NCBI GenBank assembly: GCA_963832045.1
Contig: CAWHSM010000004.1
Coordinates: forward strand, 244,896 to 308,895
Direction: 5' to 3'
DNA length: 64,000 bases
Source: an uncultured Alphaproteobacteria bacterium
GTDB lineage: Bacteria > Pseudomonadota > Alphaproteobacteria > Rhizobiales > Xanthobacteraceae
The translations under genes and the position numbers were made by a program. Numbering within the stretch: the first letter of the stretch is position 1; the number at the start of each line of letters is the position of its first letter. Below the pieces are notes generated by a model. That model was not told where the DNA came from. It ran no database searches and worked only from the letters and a program-made list of their open reading frames with translations. Shown here piece by piece: positions 10,516 to 20,973 of the stretch.

Positions 10516-11793
10516 TTAACGCATCAAGTCGAGCGCATCGGAGAAGAATCGGGGTCCGCCGAAATTGCCCGATTTCAAGGCAAGCAGCATCTCGCCCTGC
10601 TTCGCTCCAACCGCGCGTAATACAGGCACCCCCGCGGCAATTTCTGCACCGACCAGAAAACCGGGAATGCCTAAACGATCGACGACCGCGCCTGAAGTTT
10701 CACCACCGGCAACAACCAGACGTCGCACCCCTGATTGCACCAGACCGTCGGCGATATCGGCCATCGCCTGCTCGATGGCATGCCCGGCTGCATCGCGGCC
10801 ATGACGAAATTGCAGAGCTGCGACCTCCTCCGGCGTCGAACTGGAGGCGATCAGGACAGGCCCCTCCTTGAGTCGTTCCCCGGCCCAGGACAGCGCGCGG
10901 CGAGCTTCATCCTGCCCGGTGATTATACGGTCGGGATCGAGGTGAAGCACGGCCATTGCCGCTTCGGCACTGGCGATCTGCTGCAACGTTGCCTGCGAAC
11001 AGCTGCCGGCAAGGCAGGCCGCCGGCCCGCCGACCGGCGCTTCCACCGTCTTGCCCGCGACACCCTGCTGTCCCCTGCCCGCAAGGACCAGGGCGCGCGC
11101 CAGGCCAAGCCCGATGCCGGATGCGCCGACCGAAAGCCGATGGCTGAGCGAGACCTCACCGATCGTCTCCAGGTCACGATCGAAGACCGCGTCGATGACG
11201 GCCGCGCCGACACCCTTGCCGGACAGATCGTCAAGACGCGCCCGCACCGCCTCCGGTCCACGAACGACGGTTGCGAGATCGACGAGGCCGATTTCAGTTT
11301 TGCTCTGGCGCGCCAGCACCCGCACGAGATTGGAGTCGTGCATCGGATTGAGCGGGTGGTCCTTCAGCGGGCTCTCATTCAACGGCACCGAGCCGACGAA
11401 CAGGTTGCCCTGATAGACGGTGCGGCCGGTTTCGGGAAATGCCGGCGTCACGAGAACGATTGTCTCGCCCGAATCCGCACGCAACGCATCCATCACCGGG
11501 CCGATATTGCCGGTGTCGGTGGAATCGAAGGTCGAACAGATCTTGAACAGCACATGATCCGCGCCACGACCGCGCAGCCATTTGTCGGCAGCCCGCGAAC
11601 GCGACACCGCCAGGCCCGCCTCGATCGAGCGGCTCTTCAACGACACCACGACAGCATCGACCTCAGGCAGCGCAAGTTCATCCGCGGGAACGCCGATCGT
11701 TTGCACGGTTCGCAGGCCCGCGCGCGTCAGCGTATTGGCAAGATCGGAAGCGCCGGTGTAGTCGTCGGCGATGCAGCCGAGTGCAAGTTTCAT
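10516..11793 (-). CDS. otnK: Four-carbon acid-sugar kinase (DUF1537), 3-oxo-tetronate kinase type
   Basis: N-terminus MKLALGCIADDYTGASDLANTL is typical of YgbK/DUF1537. An ATGA start/stop overlap couples it to the upstream isomerase gene. Confidence 0.85.
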   Translation of the reverse strand: MKLALGCIADDYTGASDLANTLTRAGLRTVQTIGVPADELALPEVDAVVVSLKSRSIEAGLAVSRSRAADKWLRGRGADHVLFKICSTFDSTDTGNIGPVMDALRADSGETIVLVTPAFPETGRTVYQGNLFVGSVPLNESPLKDHPLNPMHDSNLVRVLARQSKTEIGLVDLATVVRGPEAVRARLDDLSGKGVGAAVIDAVFDRDLETIGEVSLSHRLSVGASGIGLGLARALVLAGRGQQGVAGKTVEAPVGGPAACLAGSCSQATLQQIASAEAAMAVLHLDPDRIITGQDEARRALSWAGERLKEGPVLIASSSTPEEVAALQFRHGRDAAGHAIEQAMADIADGLVQSGVRRLVVAGGETSGAVVDRLGIPGFLVGAEIAAGVPVLRAVGAKQGEMLLALKSGNFGGPRFFSDALDLMR

Positions 11794-12572
11794 GACTTCT
11801 TCCCTGCATACGGCTTGAACCAGGCAAGCCCGTCGGTGGTCTTGCCGCGCGGATTGTATTCGCAGCCGACAAAGCCGCCATAGCCGAGCCGGTCCAGCTC
11901 AGCGAACAGGAACGGATAGTTCAGCTCCTCGTCATCCGGCTCATGCCGCGAGGGAACACTGGCGATCTGGATGTGACCGACGATCGGCATCATCTCACGC
12001 AGCCGCATGGTCACATCGCCGTGCAGTATCTGGCAGTGATAGATGTCGAACTGCAACTTCAGGTTCGGAATGCTCAACTCAATGATCTCGTCTCGCGCAA
12101 ATCCGAAGTCGTTGAGAAAATATCCGGGCGTGTTGCGCGCATTGAGCGGCTCGAGCACGACGTCAATGCCGTGGGGCGCCAGGAACTCCGCCGCCCATCT
12201 GACCGATTTACGGAATGCCGCGACCGCCTTCGGATCGTTGCGGTCGGCGATTCCCGACATCAAATGCAACCGCTTCACGCCAGTCGCCTGCGCGTAAGGC
12301 AATGCAGTGCGCAGGCTGGCCTGCAAATCCGCAAATCGATCCGGCAGCGCCGCAAAGCCTTTCTCGCCGGCATCCCAATTGCCGGGAGGCAGGTTGAACA
12401 ACGCTTGCGTCAGTCCATTGTCATGCAGGCGTTTTCCGATTTCCTCCGGCGGGTGAGCGTAAGGAAACAGGAACTCGATCGCGGTAAAGCCTGCTTTCGC
12501 CGCCGCATCGAAGCGATCGAGGAACGGCACCTCGTTGAACATCAAGGTGAGATTGGCGGCAAATCGGGGCAT
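11790..12572 (-). CDS. otnI: Hydroxypyruvate-isomerase-family protein, 2-oxo-tetronate isomerase type
   Basis: MPRFAANLTLMFNEVPFLDRF.. is a Hyi/YgbM-like TIM barrel; 260 aa. Confidence 0.85.
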   Translation of the reverse strand: MPRFAANLTLMFNEVPFLDRFDAAAKAGFTAIEFLFPYAHPPEEIGKRLHDNGLTQALFNLPPGNWDAGEKGFAALPDRFADLQASLRTALPYAQATGVKRLHLMSGIADRNDPKAVAAFRKSVRWAAEFLAPHGIDVVLEPLNARNTPGYFLNDFGFARDEIIELSIPNLKLQFDIYHCQILHGDVTMRLREMMPIVGHIQIASVPSRHEPDDEELNYPFLFAELDRLGYGGFVGCEYNPRGKTTDGLAWFKPYAGKKS

Positions 12573-12585
12573 TGATCGTCCTCTT

Positions 12586-13500
12586 CTACTTCGGCTCGCC
12601 GGGCAAATGCGTGCCGGTCACGCGGGCATACATCCGCGCCACCGACGCGTCGTCGTCGCGACCCATGCCGGAAGCGGCCGTCATCAGGAACATCTGAAGT
12701 GCTGCGGCCGCCACGGGCACCGGGAATTTTGCAGTGCGCGCCATGTCCTGGATGATGCCGAGGTCTTTCACGAAGATCTCGACCGCACTGCGCGGCGTAT
12801 AATCGCCGTCCAGCACATGCGGCATGCGGTTTTCGAACATCCAGGAATTGCCGGCGGACGCCGTGATGACTTCGTACACTTTGCGGATATCGAGGCCCTG
12901 CTTGGCAGCGAACGCAATCGCCTCCGATGCCGCCGCGATATGAACGCCGGCAAGCAACTGGTTGATCATCTTGAAGGCCGCGCCTTGCCCTGCGGCGTCG
13001 CCGAGTTCGTAGAGTTTGGCCGCCATCGCATCGAGCGCCGGGCGCGCCTTGGCAAAGGCCGCCGCGCTGCCCGAAGCGAGAATCGTCAGTTCACCCTGCG
13101 CCGCACGCTGCGCGCCGCCGGAAATCGGCGCGTCGAGATAGTGCCGCCCCGTTGCTTCCAGCTGTTTCGAAAGCCGCCGTGCAACGTCCGGATCCATGGT
13201 TGCGGAAGAAACGAATACCGCATCCTTGGCCAGCGTCTCGGCGACGCCATTCTTGCCGAACAGGATCGTCTCCGTCTGGGCGGCGTTGACGACCACGCTG
13301 ACGACAATGTCGGCGCTGAGCGCGGCCTCCGCAGGCGTGGCCGCTCCCTTCCCGCCTTCCGATACGAAGCGCTTGAGCGTATCGACTGACACGTCGCAGC
13401 CGGTGACCTCGAATCCGGCCCGCTTGAGCGCGCTCGCCATGCCGTAGCCCATCGAGCCGAGCCCAATGACGGCGATGCGCGGTTTTGTGGCGGAAGACAT
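12586..13500 (-). CDS. ltnD: 3-hydroxyisobutyrate-dehydrogenase-family NAD(P) oxidoreductase, L-threonate dehydrogenase type
   Basis: True start is the ATG at 13500 (MSSATKPRIAVIGLGSMGYGMA, a Rossmann motif). The track ORF extends to 14232 through an Arg-rich, non-protein-like extension that overlaps otnC. Confidence 0.85.
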   Translation of the reverse strand: MSSATKPRIAVIGLGSMGYGMASALKRAGFEVTGCDVSVDTLKRFVSEGGKGAATPAEAALSADIVVSVVVNAAQTETILFGKNGVAETLAKDAVFVSSATMDPDVARRLSKQLEATGRHYLDAPISGGAQRAAQGELTILASGSAAAFAKARPALDAMAAKLYELGDAAGQGAAFKMINQLLAGVHIAAASEAIAFAAKQGLDIRKVYEVITASAGNSWMFENRMPHVLDGDYTPRSAVEIFVKDLGIIQDMARTAKFPVPVAAAALQMFLMTAASGMGRDDDASVARMYARVTGTHLPGEPK

Positions 13501-13584
13501 GCGGCGTTTCCCTAACTTTTCGAAATTTATCTCTTGCGTATCACGGCTTGGCCGCGCTGCCAAAGCATGAGACAAGATACCGCC

Positions 13585-14259
13585 ATGAACGAAACAACAC
13601 TCCGCGAGGAAATCTGCCGCCTTGGCCGCTCGTTGTTCGAGCGCGGCCTGACGCCGGGTTCTTCCGGCAATATTTCGGTCAGGCTCGACGACGGCGGCTG
13701 TTTGGTGACGCCGACCAACGCCTCGCTCGGCTTCCTGGACCCGGCGCGGCTGTCGCGGCTCGATTCCAGGGGGCGGCTCGTTTCCGGCGACGCCCCGACC
13801 AAGGAAGTGCCGCTGCATACCGCATTGTACGAAACCCGCACGCCCGCACGCGCGGTGGTCCATTTGCATTCGACGCATTCGGTGGCGCTGTCGATGCTGC
13901 CGGAGATCGACCCGCGCGCGGCGCTGCCGCCGATGACGGCCTATTACCTGATGAGATGCGGCGCGACCGCGCTCGTGCCGTATTACCGGCCCGGCGATCC
14001 GGCGGTCGCCGACGCGATCAAGGGTCTCGCTGGCAAATACTCTTCCGTTCTGCTCGCCAATCACGGCCCGGTGGTGTCGGGTGACACGCTGGAAGCCGCC
14101 GTATTCGCGATCGAGGAGTTGGAAGAGACCGCAAAACTCTATCTGCTGCTGCGTGGGCTCAACCCGCGCTATCTCACGCCGGCACAAATTGCGGATTTGA
14201 CGAAGACGTTCGGCGTGGTGTTGCCGGAGCATCCGCTACATACACCGTCCTCATCCTGA
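13585..14259 (+). CDS. otnC: Class II aldolase/adducin-family protein, 3-oxo-tetronate 4-phosphate decarboxylase type
   Basis: MNETTLREEICRLGRSLFERGLTPGSSGNISVR.. is YgbL-like. It is divergent from ltnD. The last codons and the stop lie inside a REP-like palindrome. Confidence 0.85.
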   Translation: MNETTLREEICRLGRSLFERGLTPGSSGNISVRLDDGGCLVTPTNASLGFLDPARLSRLDSRGRLVSGDAPTKEVPLHTALYETRTPARAVVHLHSTHSVALSMLPEIDPRAALPPMTAYYLMRCGATALVPYYRPGDPAVADAIKGLAGKYSSVLLANHGPVVSGDTLEAAVFAIEELEETAKLYLLLRGLNPRYLTPAQIADLTKTFGVVLPEHPLHTPSSS

Positions 14260-14349
14260 GGAGCCATGCGGAGCATGGCGTCTCGAAGGATAACCAAGCA
14301 CAAACCGGCCATCCTTCGAGACGCCGCTTCGCGGCTCCTCAGGATGAGG
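14249..14349. repeat. REP-like nested palindrome (CCTCATCCTGAGGAGC family)
   Basis: CCTCATCCTGAGGAGCC (14249-14265) pairs with GGCTCCTCAGGATGAGG (14333-14349). An inner pair is GCGTCTCGAAGGAT/ATCCTTCGAGACGC. A second family copy is at 17674-17711. Confidence 0.85.
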
Positions 14350-14376
14350 ATCACATGTGTGGAAACACTGTAGCAA

Positions 14377-15064
14377 CTACAGCCCCAGATACGCCTTGCG
14401 CACGTCCGGATTGGATTTGATTTCGGCGGATGTGCCCTGCATCTGCACGCGCCCGGTTTGCAAAATGTAGGCGCGATCGGCGATATCCAGACACTCGGCG
14501 ATGCGTTGCTCGACGATCAGGACCGTCATGCCGGTATCGCGGATGCGTTTGACGGCCTGAAAAATCTCATCAACGAGTTTTGGCATGATGCCCTGCGAAG
14601 GCTCGTCCAGCATCAACAGCCGCGGCCGGGTCATCAATGCGCGCCCGATCGCCAGCATCTGCTGCTCGCCGCCGGAAAGCGTCTCGGCGCGCTGGTCGAG
14701 CCGTTCGGAAAGCCTTGGAAACAGCTTGAACACAAGTCCGAGCGGCGCTTCGCGATCCGGCTTGCCGCGGTAGAGATAGCTGCCGAGCCGCAGATTGTCG
14801 CGCACCGAGAGCCGTGGAAACAGCCGGCGATTTTCCGGAACATAAGCGATGCCGCGCGCGGTGATCATGTGCTGCACCATGCCGTCGATGCGCTGGCCGT
14901 CGAAGGTGACGCTGCCGGAACGCGGCCGTTCGGCGCCGGCAATGGTTTTCAGAAGCGTCGATTTGCCGGCGCCGTTGGCGCCCGCGACGCAAACGACCTC
15001 GCCCTTGGCGACCTCGATCGTGACCTGCGAGAGCGCAACCAGCCCCTGATAGGCAGTGGTGACT

Positions 15065-15081
<17 letters not shown>
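14377..15081 (-). CDS. Branched-chain-amino-acid-type ABC transporter ATP-binding protein (LivF-like)
   Basis: Walker A GANGAGKST, signature LSGGEQQML, Walker B LLMLDEPS. ATG at 15081 preferred over the TTG at 15093. Confidence 0.9.
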
Positions 15082-15792
<711 letters not shown>

Positions 15793-15796
<4 letters not shown>

Positions 15797-16773
15797 CGGG
15801 CGGCTTCGTTGCGGCGGATGGAAAACAATCCGACCAGCCCTTGCGGGCGCGCCAGCGAAATCAGCACGATCAGCGTGCCATAGACGATCAGGTCGACGCC
15901 GCGGCCGGAGCCGCCGATGAAGGAACGTGTGAGTTCGGTGAGCGGGATGAGAATGACGGCCCCTAACACCGGCCCCCACAAGGTGCCGATCCCGCCAAGC
16001 ACCGCCGGCAGCGCCATCAACAGCGAGTACTGAAAGCCCATCACGCTTTCGGGGTCGATATAGGAGACGAATTGCGCGTAGAAGCCGCCGCCGATGGCGG
16101 TGAGAAACGCCGAAACGGCGGCCGCCCCCATTTTGGAGTTGAACACCACCACGCCCAGGCTTTCGGCGGCATCGGGATTGTCCTTCACCGCGCGCCACCA
16201 ATAGCCCCACTTGGAATACTCAAGCCACCAGGTCACGAGCCAGGCGATGCAGGCGAGAACCAGTGCAAAGTAGAAGTACGGCAATTTGCTGCGGGTGAAC
16301 TGGAATTTCAGCCAGCTGTCGCCACGCACGGGAATGTCGATCCCGAGCGCCGCGCCCGCCCAATCCCAGTTCTGAAACAGCAGCAGCGCGGTCTCGGCGA
16401 TCACGATGGTGGCGATGACGAAGTAGTGGCCGCGCAAACGGAAGCAGGGATAGCCGAGCGCCATCGCAATCGCCGCCGATATCAACCCACCACCGAGCAT
16501 GCCGAACCACGGCAGTACGCCGAATTTCGTGAACAGAAGCGCCGTCGCATAGGCGCCGAGCCCGAAATAAAGCGCATGCCCGAGCGAGATCTGCCCGCAA
16601 TAGCCGGAGAGAATGTTCCAGCTCTGCGACAGCGCCGCATACATCAGGGTCAGCACCATGATGTTCTGGACATAGACGTCCTTGACGAACAACGGGACAA
16701 GCGCCGCGATCACGGCAAAGCAGGCGGCCACCATCAGATCGCGGCGGCGGCGCTGGGCAAAGGCCGTATCCAT
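15793..16773 (-). CDS. Branched-chain-amino-acid-type ABC transporter permease (LivM-like)
   Basis: 326 aa, multi-TM. ATGA overlap with the upstream permease. Confidence 0.88.
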
Positions 16774-17651
16774 CAGATCGACCCGAACAGGCCGCGCGGC
16801 CGTATGAATACCACGAGCAGATAGACCGCGTAGATGCCGATCGACTTCAGCGAGGGCGGCAGGATCAACGCCGTAGTCGCTTCAACGAGACCGACGATAA
16901 GGCCGCCGGCGAACGCGCCGAACACGCTGCCGAAACCGCCAAGCGCCACCGTGACATAGGCAATCAACGCAAAGGACGCGCCAACATCAGGGTAGATGTA
17001 GAAGAATGTTGCCATGATCGCGCCGGCAAGCCCGACCAGCGCCGCGCCGAGCCCCCAACCGAGCGCGAACACCCGGTTCTTGTCGATGCCGACCAGCGCC
17101 ACCGCGCCCGCGTCCTCGCGCGTCGCCTCAAGCGCGCGGCCGAAGTCCGTGCGGTTGATAAAGAAATAGAGCGCGACGAAGGCGCTAATCGCAACCAGTG
17201 CGCCGAACAGTTGCGGCACCGGCAGGAAGATTCCGGCAAGCGAGATGGTCTTGCCGCCCAACCACGAGTGCGTGATGCTGCGATAATCCGGCGTAAAGAA
17301 ATATTGCGCCAGCCCCCGCATCACGATCGCGAGCCCGAAGGTCGAAAAAATCTGCACCATGCCGGCATTGGCCTTGGCGCGGACGGCGAACCGCACGACG
17401 AGGAGATAGACCACCGCGCCCAGCACGAACAATGCGGCCGCCACCAGCGGGGCCGACAACAAGGGATCGATGGCGAAGAACGCGAACAGAAAGAACGTTG
17501 CGTACATCGCGATCATCAGGAATTCGCCGTGGGCGAAGTTCACGACGTCCATCAGCCCGAAGATCAACGCCAGTCCCACGGCGATCAGGCCGTAGAGCAG
17601 CCCCATCAAGAGGCCGCTGGCGAGACTTTGGATGATGGTCTCGGCAGTCAA
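16773..17651 (-). CDS. Branched-chain-amino-acid-type ABC transporter permease (LivH-like)
   Basis: 292 aa, multi-TM. MTAETIIQSLASGLLMGLLYGLIAVGLALIFG is a typical LivH N-terminus. Confidence 0.88.
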   Translation of the reverse strand: MTAETIIQSLASGLLMGLLYGLIAVGLALIFGLMDVVNFAHGEFLMIAMYATFFLFAFFAIDPLLSAPLVAAALFVLGAVVYLLVVRFAVRAKANAGMVQIFSTFGLAIVMRGLAQYFFTPDYRSITHSWLGGKTISLAGIFLPVPQLFGALVAISAFVALYFFINRTDFGRALEATREDAGAVALVGIDKNRVFALGWGLGAALVGLAGAIMATFFYIYPDVGASFALIAYVTVALGGFGSVFGAFAGGLIVGLVEATTALILPPSLKSIGIYAVYLLVVFIRPRGLFGSI

Positions 17652-17673
17652 CGGTGTCGCTCCCGACGAAGAT

Positions 17674-17711
17674 CCTCATCCTGAGGAGCGCGCAAGCTCC
17701 TCGGGATGAGG
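17674..17711. repeat. REP-like palindrome (CCTCATCCTGAGGAGC family)
   Basis: CCTCATCCTGAGGAGC / GCTCCTCGGGATGAGG inverted repeat between the permease and binding-protein genes. Confidence 0.8.
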
Positions 17712-17744
17712 GCCGCCTTCCGGGCATGACACAACGAACTCATC

Positions 17745-18989
17745 TTACTTCATCGGCCAGGTGGCTTCGGCGACGGCCGCTTGCGGCGGGAAGATGGTGA
17801 CGAACTTGCCGCCGACATATTGCAGCAACACCGGATCGGCATCGTTGTTCTGGCCCGTCTCGTCGTACTTCACACGCTTCCACGGCATGATGGTCTGCTC
17901 GCCCGGAATGTCGGTTGCGGCCAGCGCTTCGCGGATTTTCTCGCCGTCGGTCGATTTGCCACGGCTGATGGCGTCCGCCATCAGGATGAGGGCCATGAAC
18001 TGCCGCGACGAATAGTCGTTGAGGTCCTTGCCGGACTTTTCCCTGAACATGTCGTTGATCTTGCCGACCATCGGCCGTTTGGCCGCGAGATCGAGCGAGA
18101 AGGTGCCGCGCGAGATCACGCCTTCGAGCCTGTCGCCGACCGCGTCATAGAGCGCCTTTTCGGAGAAGCCGGCGTCCTGCGCCACGATCGCCGGCGGCTT
18201 GTAGCCGAGTTCGCCCATGGTCTTGATCAGCAGGATGCCGTCGGTGGTGTAGCTTGAGGGCATCAGCACATCGGCGTTGGCCGCCTTGAGCTGCTGCACC
18301 TCGGCCGAGAGCGACGGCGAATTCGCCCGGTATTTGATGTCGGAAACGATCTTGTAGCCGCGTTCGCTGGCGAGCTTGGTCTGGGCATTGCCGGAGTCGG
18401 TGCCGAAGATCGTATCCTCGTGGAACAGCGACAGGGTCTCGATCTTGACGCCCTTCTTCTTCATGACGTCGTAGAAGTCGAACATCGCTTTGGAATACAT
18501 TTCGTCATGCGGCGAGGCGCGGAAATAGAATTTCAGGCCGCGGCGATGCAGGCTTGGCGAAGAGTTGTCGGCCGACATGAACGGAATGCCGTAGCGCTCG
18601 CAGACCTGGCTGACCGTGACGGCGACCGCGCTCTGGTAGGTGCCGACGATCGCGCAGACTTTTTCCTGCGTGATCAGGCGTTCGGCTTCGGCACGGCCCT
18701 TCTGCGGATCGGCCTGATGGTCGGCGAACACCAGACGCACCTTGGCGCCGCCGAGGCCCGGCAAACCCTCGCCGCGCGCCAGCGGCATGTCGAAATCGAA
18801 ATTCTTGTTGATGATCTCAGCCGCCGTTTCAAACGCCTTTTGCGCGTCGACGCCGATCTGGGCGCTCGCCCCCGACAGCGGATAGATCAGGCCGATCACG
18901 ACCTCGGAAGTTTGCGCGCGCGCCGCGACCGGCAACAGCGCGGCGCTCGCGGTGGCCCCGAGCAATACATTTCGGCGAGAGATGTTCAT
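17745..18989 (-). CDS. ABC transporter substrate-binding protein (Leu/Ile/Val-binding-protein family)
   Basis: Tat/Sec-like signal MNISRRNVLLGATASAALLPVAARAQ; type I periplasmic binding fold; first gene of the liv-like operon. Confidence 0.88.
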   Translation of the reverse strand: MNISRRNVLLGATASAALLPVAARAQTSEVVIGLIYPLSGASAQIGVDAQKAFETAAEIINKNFDFDMPLARGEGLPGLGGAKVRLVFADHQADPQKGRAEAERLITQEKVCAIVGTYQSAVAVTVSQVCERYGIPFMSADNSSPSLHRRGLKFYFRASPHDEMYSKAMFDFYDVMKKKGVKIETLSLFHEDTIFGTDSGNAQTKLASERGYKIVSDIKYRANSPSLSAEVQQLKAANADVLMPSSYTTDGILLIKTMGELGYKPPAIVAQDAGFSEKALYDAVGDRLEGVISRGTFSLDLAAKRPMVGKINDMFREKSGKDLNDYSSRQFMALILMADAISRGKSTDGEKIREALAATDIPGEQTIMPWKRVKYDETGQNNDADPVLLQYVGGKFVTIFPPQAAVAEATWPMK

Positions 18990-19072
18990 TGGAAAATCCT
19001 TGTTTGTCGGCTTCTATCGATGGAATGATTGGAGGTGACGGTAAAGCCTCAATGAGCGGCAAGCGCTGCCCA

Positions 19073-19891
19073 TTACAGCACCGCAAGATCCCTGTTGCGC
19101 AAATCCGTCACCAGCATCAGGCCCGGCGCATGCGTAATAGCAAACGGCAGCTTCGCCGCGGCAATGACCGCCTGCGGTGTGACGCCGCAGGCCCAGAACA
19201 CCGGAATCTCATCGGGCTCGACCGGTACGGCATCGCCGTAGTCGGGCTTGGCGATATCGGCGATGCCGATCGAATGCGGGTGGCCGAGATGAACAGGCGC
19301 GCCATGCACCGCAGGAAAGCGTGTCGTGATCTGCACGGCGCGGATCGCCTGCGCCGGCTTGAACGGGCGCATCGACACCACCAAGGGGCCTGCAAACGGC
19401 CCCGCGGAGGCGCACGCGATGTTGGTGCGGTACATCGGCACGCGAACCTTGCGCTCGATGTGGCGGATCGGCAGGCCTTCGGCCAGCAGCGCTTCTTCGA
19501 ATGAAAACGAGCAGCCGAGCACGAAGGCAACCAGATCGTCGCGCCAGTGCGCCTTGATGTCGGTCGGCTCCTCCACCACCTCGCCGTCGCGCCAGACGCG
19601 ATAGCGCGGCACATCGGTGCGGATGTCGAGATCGGGGCCGAGCACGGGAATTCGGGGGTCGCCGACTTCGGACATGCCGATGATCGGACAGGGCTTGGGA
19701 TTGAGCTGGCAGAAACGATGAAACGACGCCGCCAGCTTTTCCGGCAGGATCGCGAGATTGCCCTGAACAAAACCGTTGGCGACGCCGGCCGTGGTGGCCG
19801 CCGCCCCGGTGCGGCACGCAAGCCTTGCCTGGCGGCTCGGTAGCAAATCCTCGCCCTCGCGGAATGACTGCACCGCCGCAGAAATGGTCAT
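19073..19891 (-). CDS. Putative hydro-lyase, DUF1445/UPF0317 family (D-glutamate-cyclase-like)
   Basis: Family-typical ..[11 protein letters not shown].. and C-terminal ..[11 protein letters not shown].. The start is ambiguous: ATG 19891 (preferred), ATG 19921 or GTG 19936. Confidence 0.75.
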   Translation of the reverse strand: MTISAAVQSFREGEDLLPSRQARLACRTGAAATTAGVANGFVQGNLAILPEKLAASFHRFCQLNPKPCPIIGMSEVGDPRIPVLGPDLDIRTDVPRYRVWRDGEVVEEPTDIKAHWRDDLVAFVLGCSFSFEEALLAEGLPIRHIERKVRVPMYRTNIACASAGPFAGPLVVSMRPFKPAQAIRAVQITTRFPAVHGAPVHLGHPHSIGIADIAKPDYGDAVPVEPDEIPVFWACGVTPQAVIAAAKLPFAITHAPGLMLVTDLRNRDLAVL

Positions 19892-19969
19892 GACGCCGCC
19901 CTGCCTATGATCTCTCGACATCAGTGAAACCCACACGTACTATAAAGTCTAATCTTACTTTCTAATCAG

Positions 19970-19985
19970 TTTGGATAAAACCAAA
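19970..19985. promoter_or_regulatory. Candidate LysR-type operator in an AT-rich divergent promoter
   Basis: TTTGG-ATAAAA-CCAAA dyad sits 20 nt upstream of the LysR ATG. A CTAATC direct repeat lies at 19949-19966. The 19937-19998 spacer is the most AT-rich in the window. Confidence 0.3.
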
Positions 19986-20004
19986 TTATCGCTGAGCGGT
20001 GCCG

Positions 20005-20940
20005 ATGGTGGACTTCAAATCGATCGAGACCTTCCTATGGGTGGTGACGCTCGGCAGCTTTCGCGGCGCCGGCCAACGCCTCAACACCACCCAGCCGGCG
20101 ATTTCGCAACGGATCGCCCAGCTCGAGCGCGAGATGGGGGTCAAGCTGTTGAACCGCGACCATCGCGTCGTCTCGCCGACACCGAGCGGCCGGCAATTGA
20201 TGATCTACGCGGAAAAGCTGATCTCCTTGCGCGCGGAGATGATGGCGGAAGTCGGCGACCGCTCGGCGATGCGCGGCGTGCTGCGGCTTGGGGTCGCCGA
20301 AACCATCGTGCACACCTGGCTGCCGCGGCTGATCCAGGGCGTCAACACCGCCCATCCCAATTTGTCGCTGGAGATCGAGGTCGACATCACGCCCAATCTG
20401 ACCGCGCGGCTGTTGGGGCAGGAAATCGAACTCGCTTTCCTGCTCGGGCCGCTGCCTGCTTCCGGTGTCCGCAACCGCGTGCTGTGCGACTACAAAATCG
20501 GATTTCTGGCAAGTCCTTCGCTTGGTCTTCCCGAAGGTCCCCTGAAGATCAAGGACCTTGCGAAATTTCCGATCATTACCTTCCCACGCAAGACCCAGCC
20601 TTACGAAACCATCCGCTCCTTGTTCAACCGCCCCGACCTGCCGCCGATCCGGCTGCATGCCAGCGCTTCGCTCGCAACCGTCATCCACATGGCGATCGAA
20701 GGGCTCGGAATCGCTGTCATCCCGACCGCGATCGTCGAGACCGAACTGGCGGACGGCCGGCTACAGCTTCTTTCGACCGACCTCAAAATCCCGCCGCTGA
20801 CATTCTCGGCAAGCTGGCTGGAATCCCCCGACACGCTTGCGGTCGAACGCGTCGTCGATCTCGCCGCCAGGATCGCGCAAGGCGGCGCTGCGACCATGGA
20901 CACGGCGATTGTTGACGCGCCGCGGCGGGCGCGTCATTGA
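20005..20940 (+). CDS. LysR-family transcriptional regulator
   Basis: N-terminal wHTH: FKSIETFLWVVTLGSFRGAGQRLNTTQPAISQRIAQLE. C-terminal substrate-binding domain. Divergent from the hydro-lyase gene. Confidence 0.92.
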   Translation: MVDFKSIETFLWVVTLGSFRGAGQRLNTTQPAISQRIAQLEREMGVKLLNRDHRVVSPTPSGRQLMIYAEKLISLRAEMMAEVGDRSAMRGVLRLGVAETIVHTWLPRLIQGVNTAHPNLSLEIEVDITPNLTARLLGQEIELAFLLGPLPASGVRNRVLCDYKIGFLASPSLGLPEGPLKIKDLAKFPIITFPRKTQPYETIRSLFNRPDLPPIRLHASASLATVIHMAIEGLGIAVIPTAIVETELADGRLQLLSTDLKIPPLTFSASWLESPDTLAVERVVDLAARIAQGGAATMDTAIVDAPRRARH

Positions 20941-20973
20941 AAACTGTACGCACCATCATCACTGGAAGGCCTC

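Noticed and set aside
13501-14232. N-terminal 244-aa extension of the ltnD ORF in the track (12586-14232)
   Set aside because: The extension is Arg-rich and non-protein-like, and it runs antisense through otnC. The Rossmann motif starts right after the ATG at 13500. Similar spurious extensions were trimmed at 24436-24597, 36685-37143, 40659-41003, 15797-16210 and 49482-49694.
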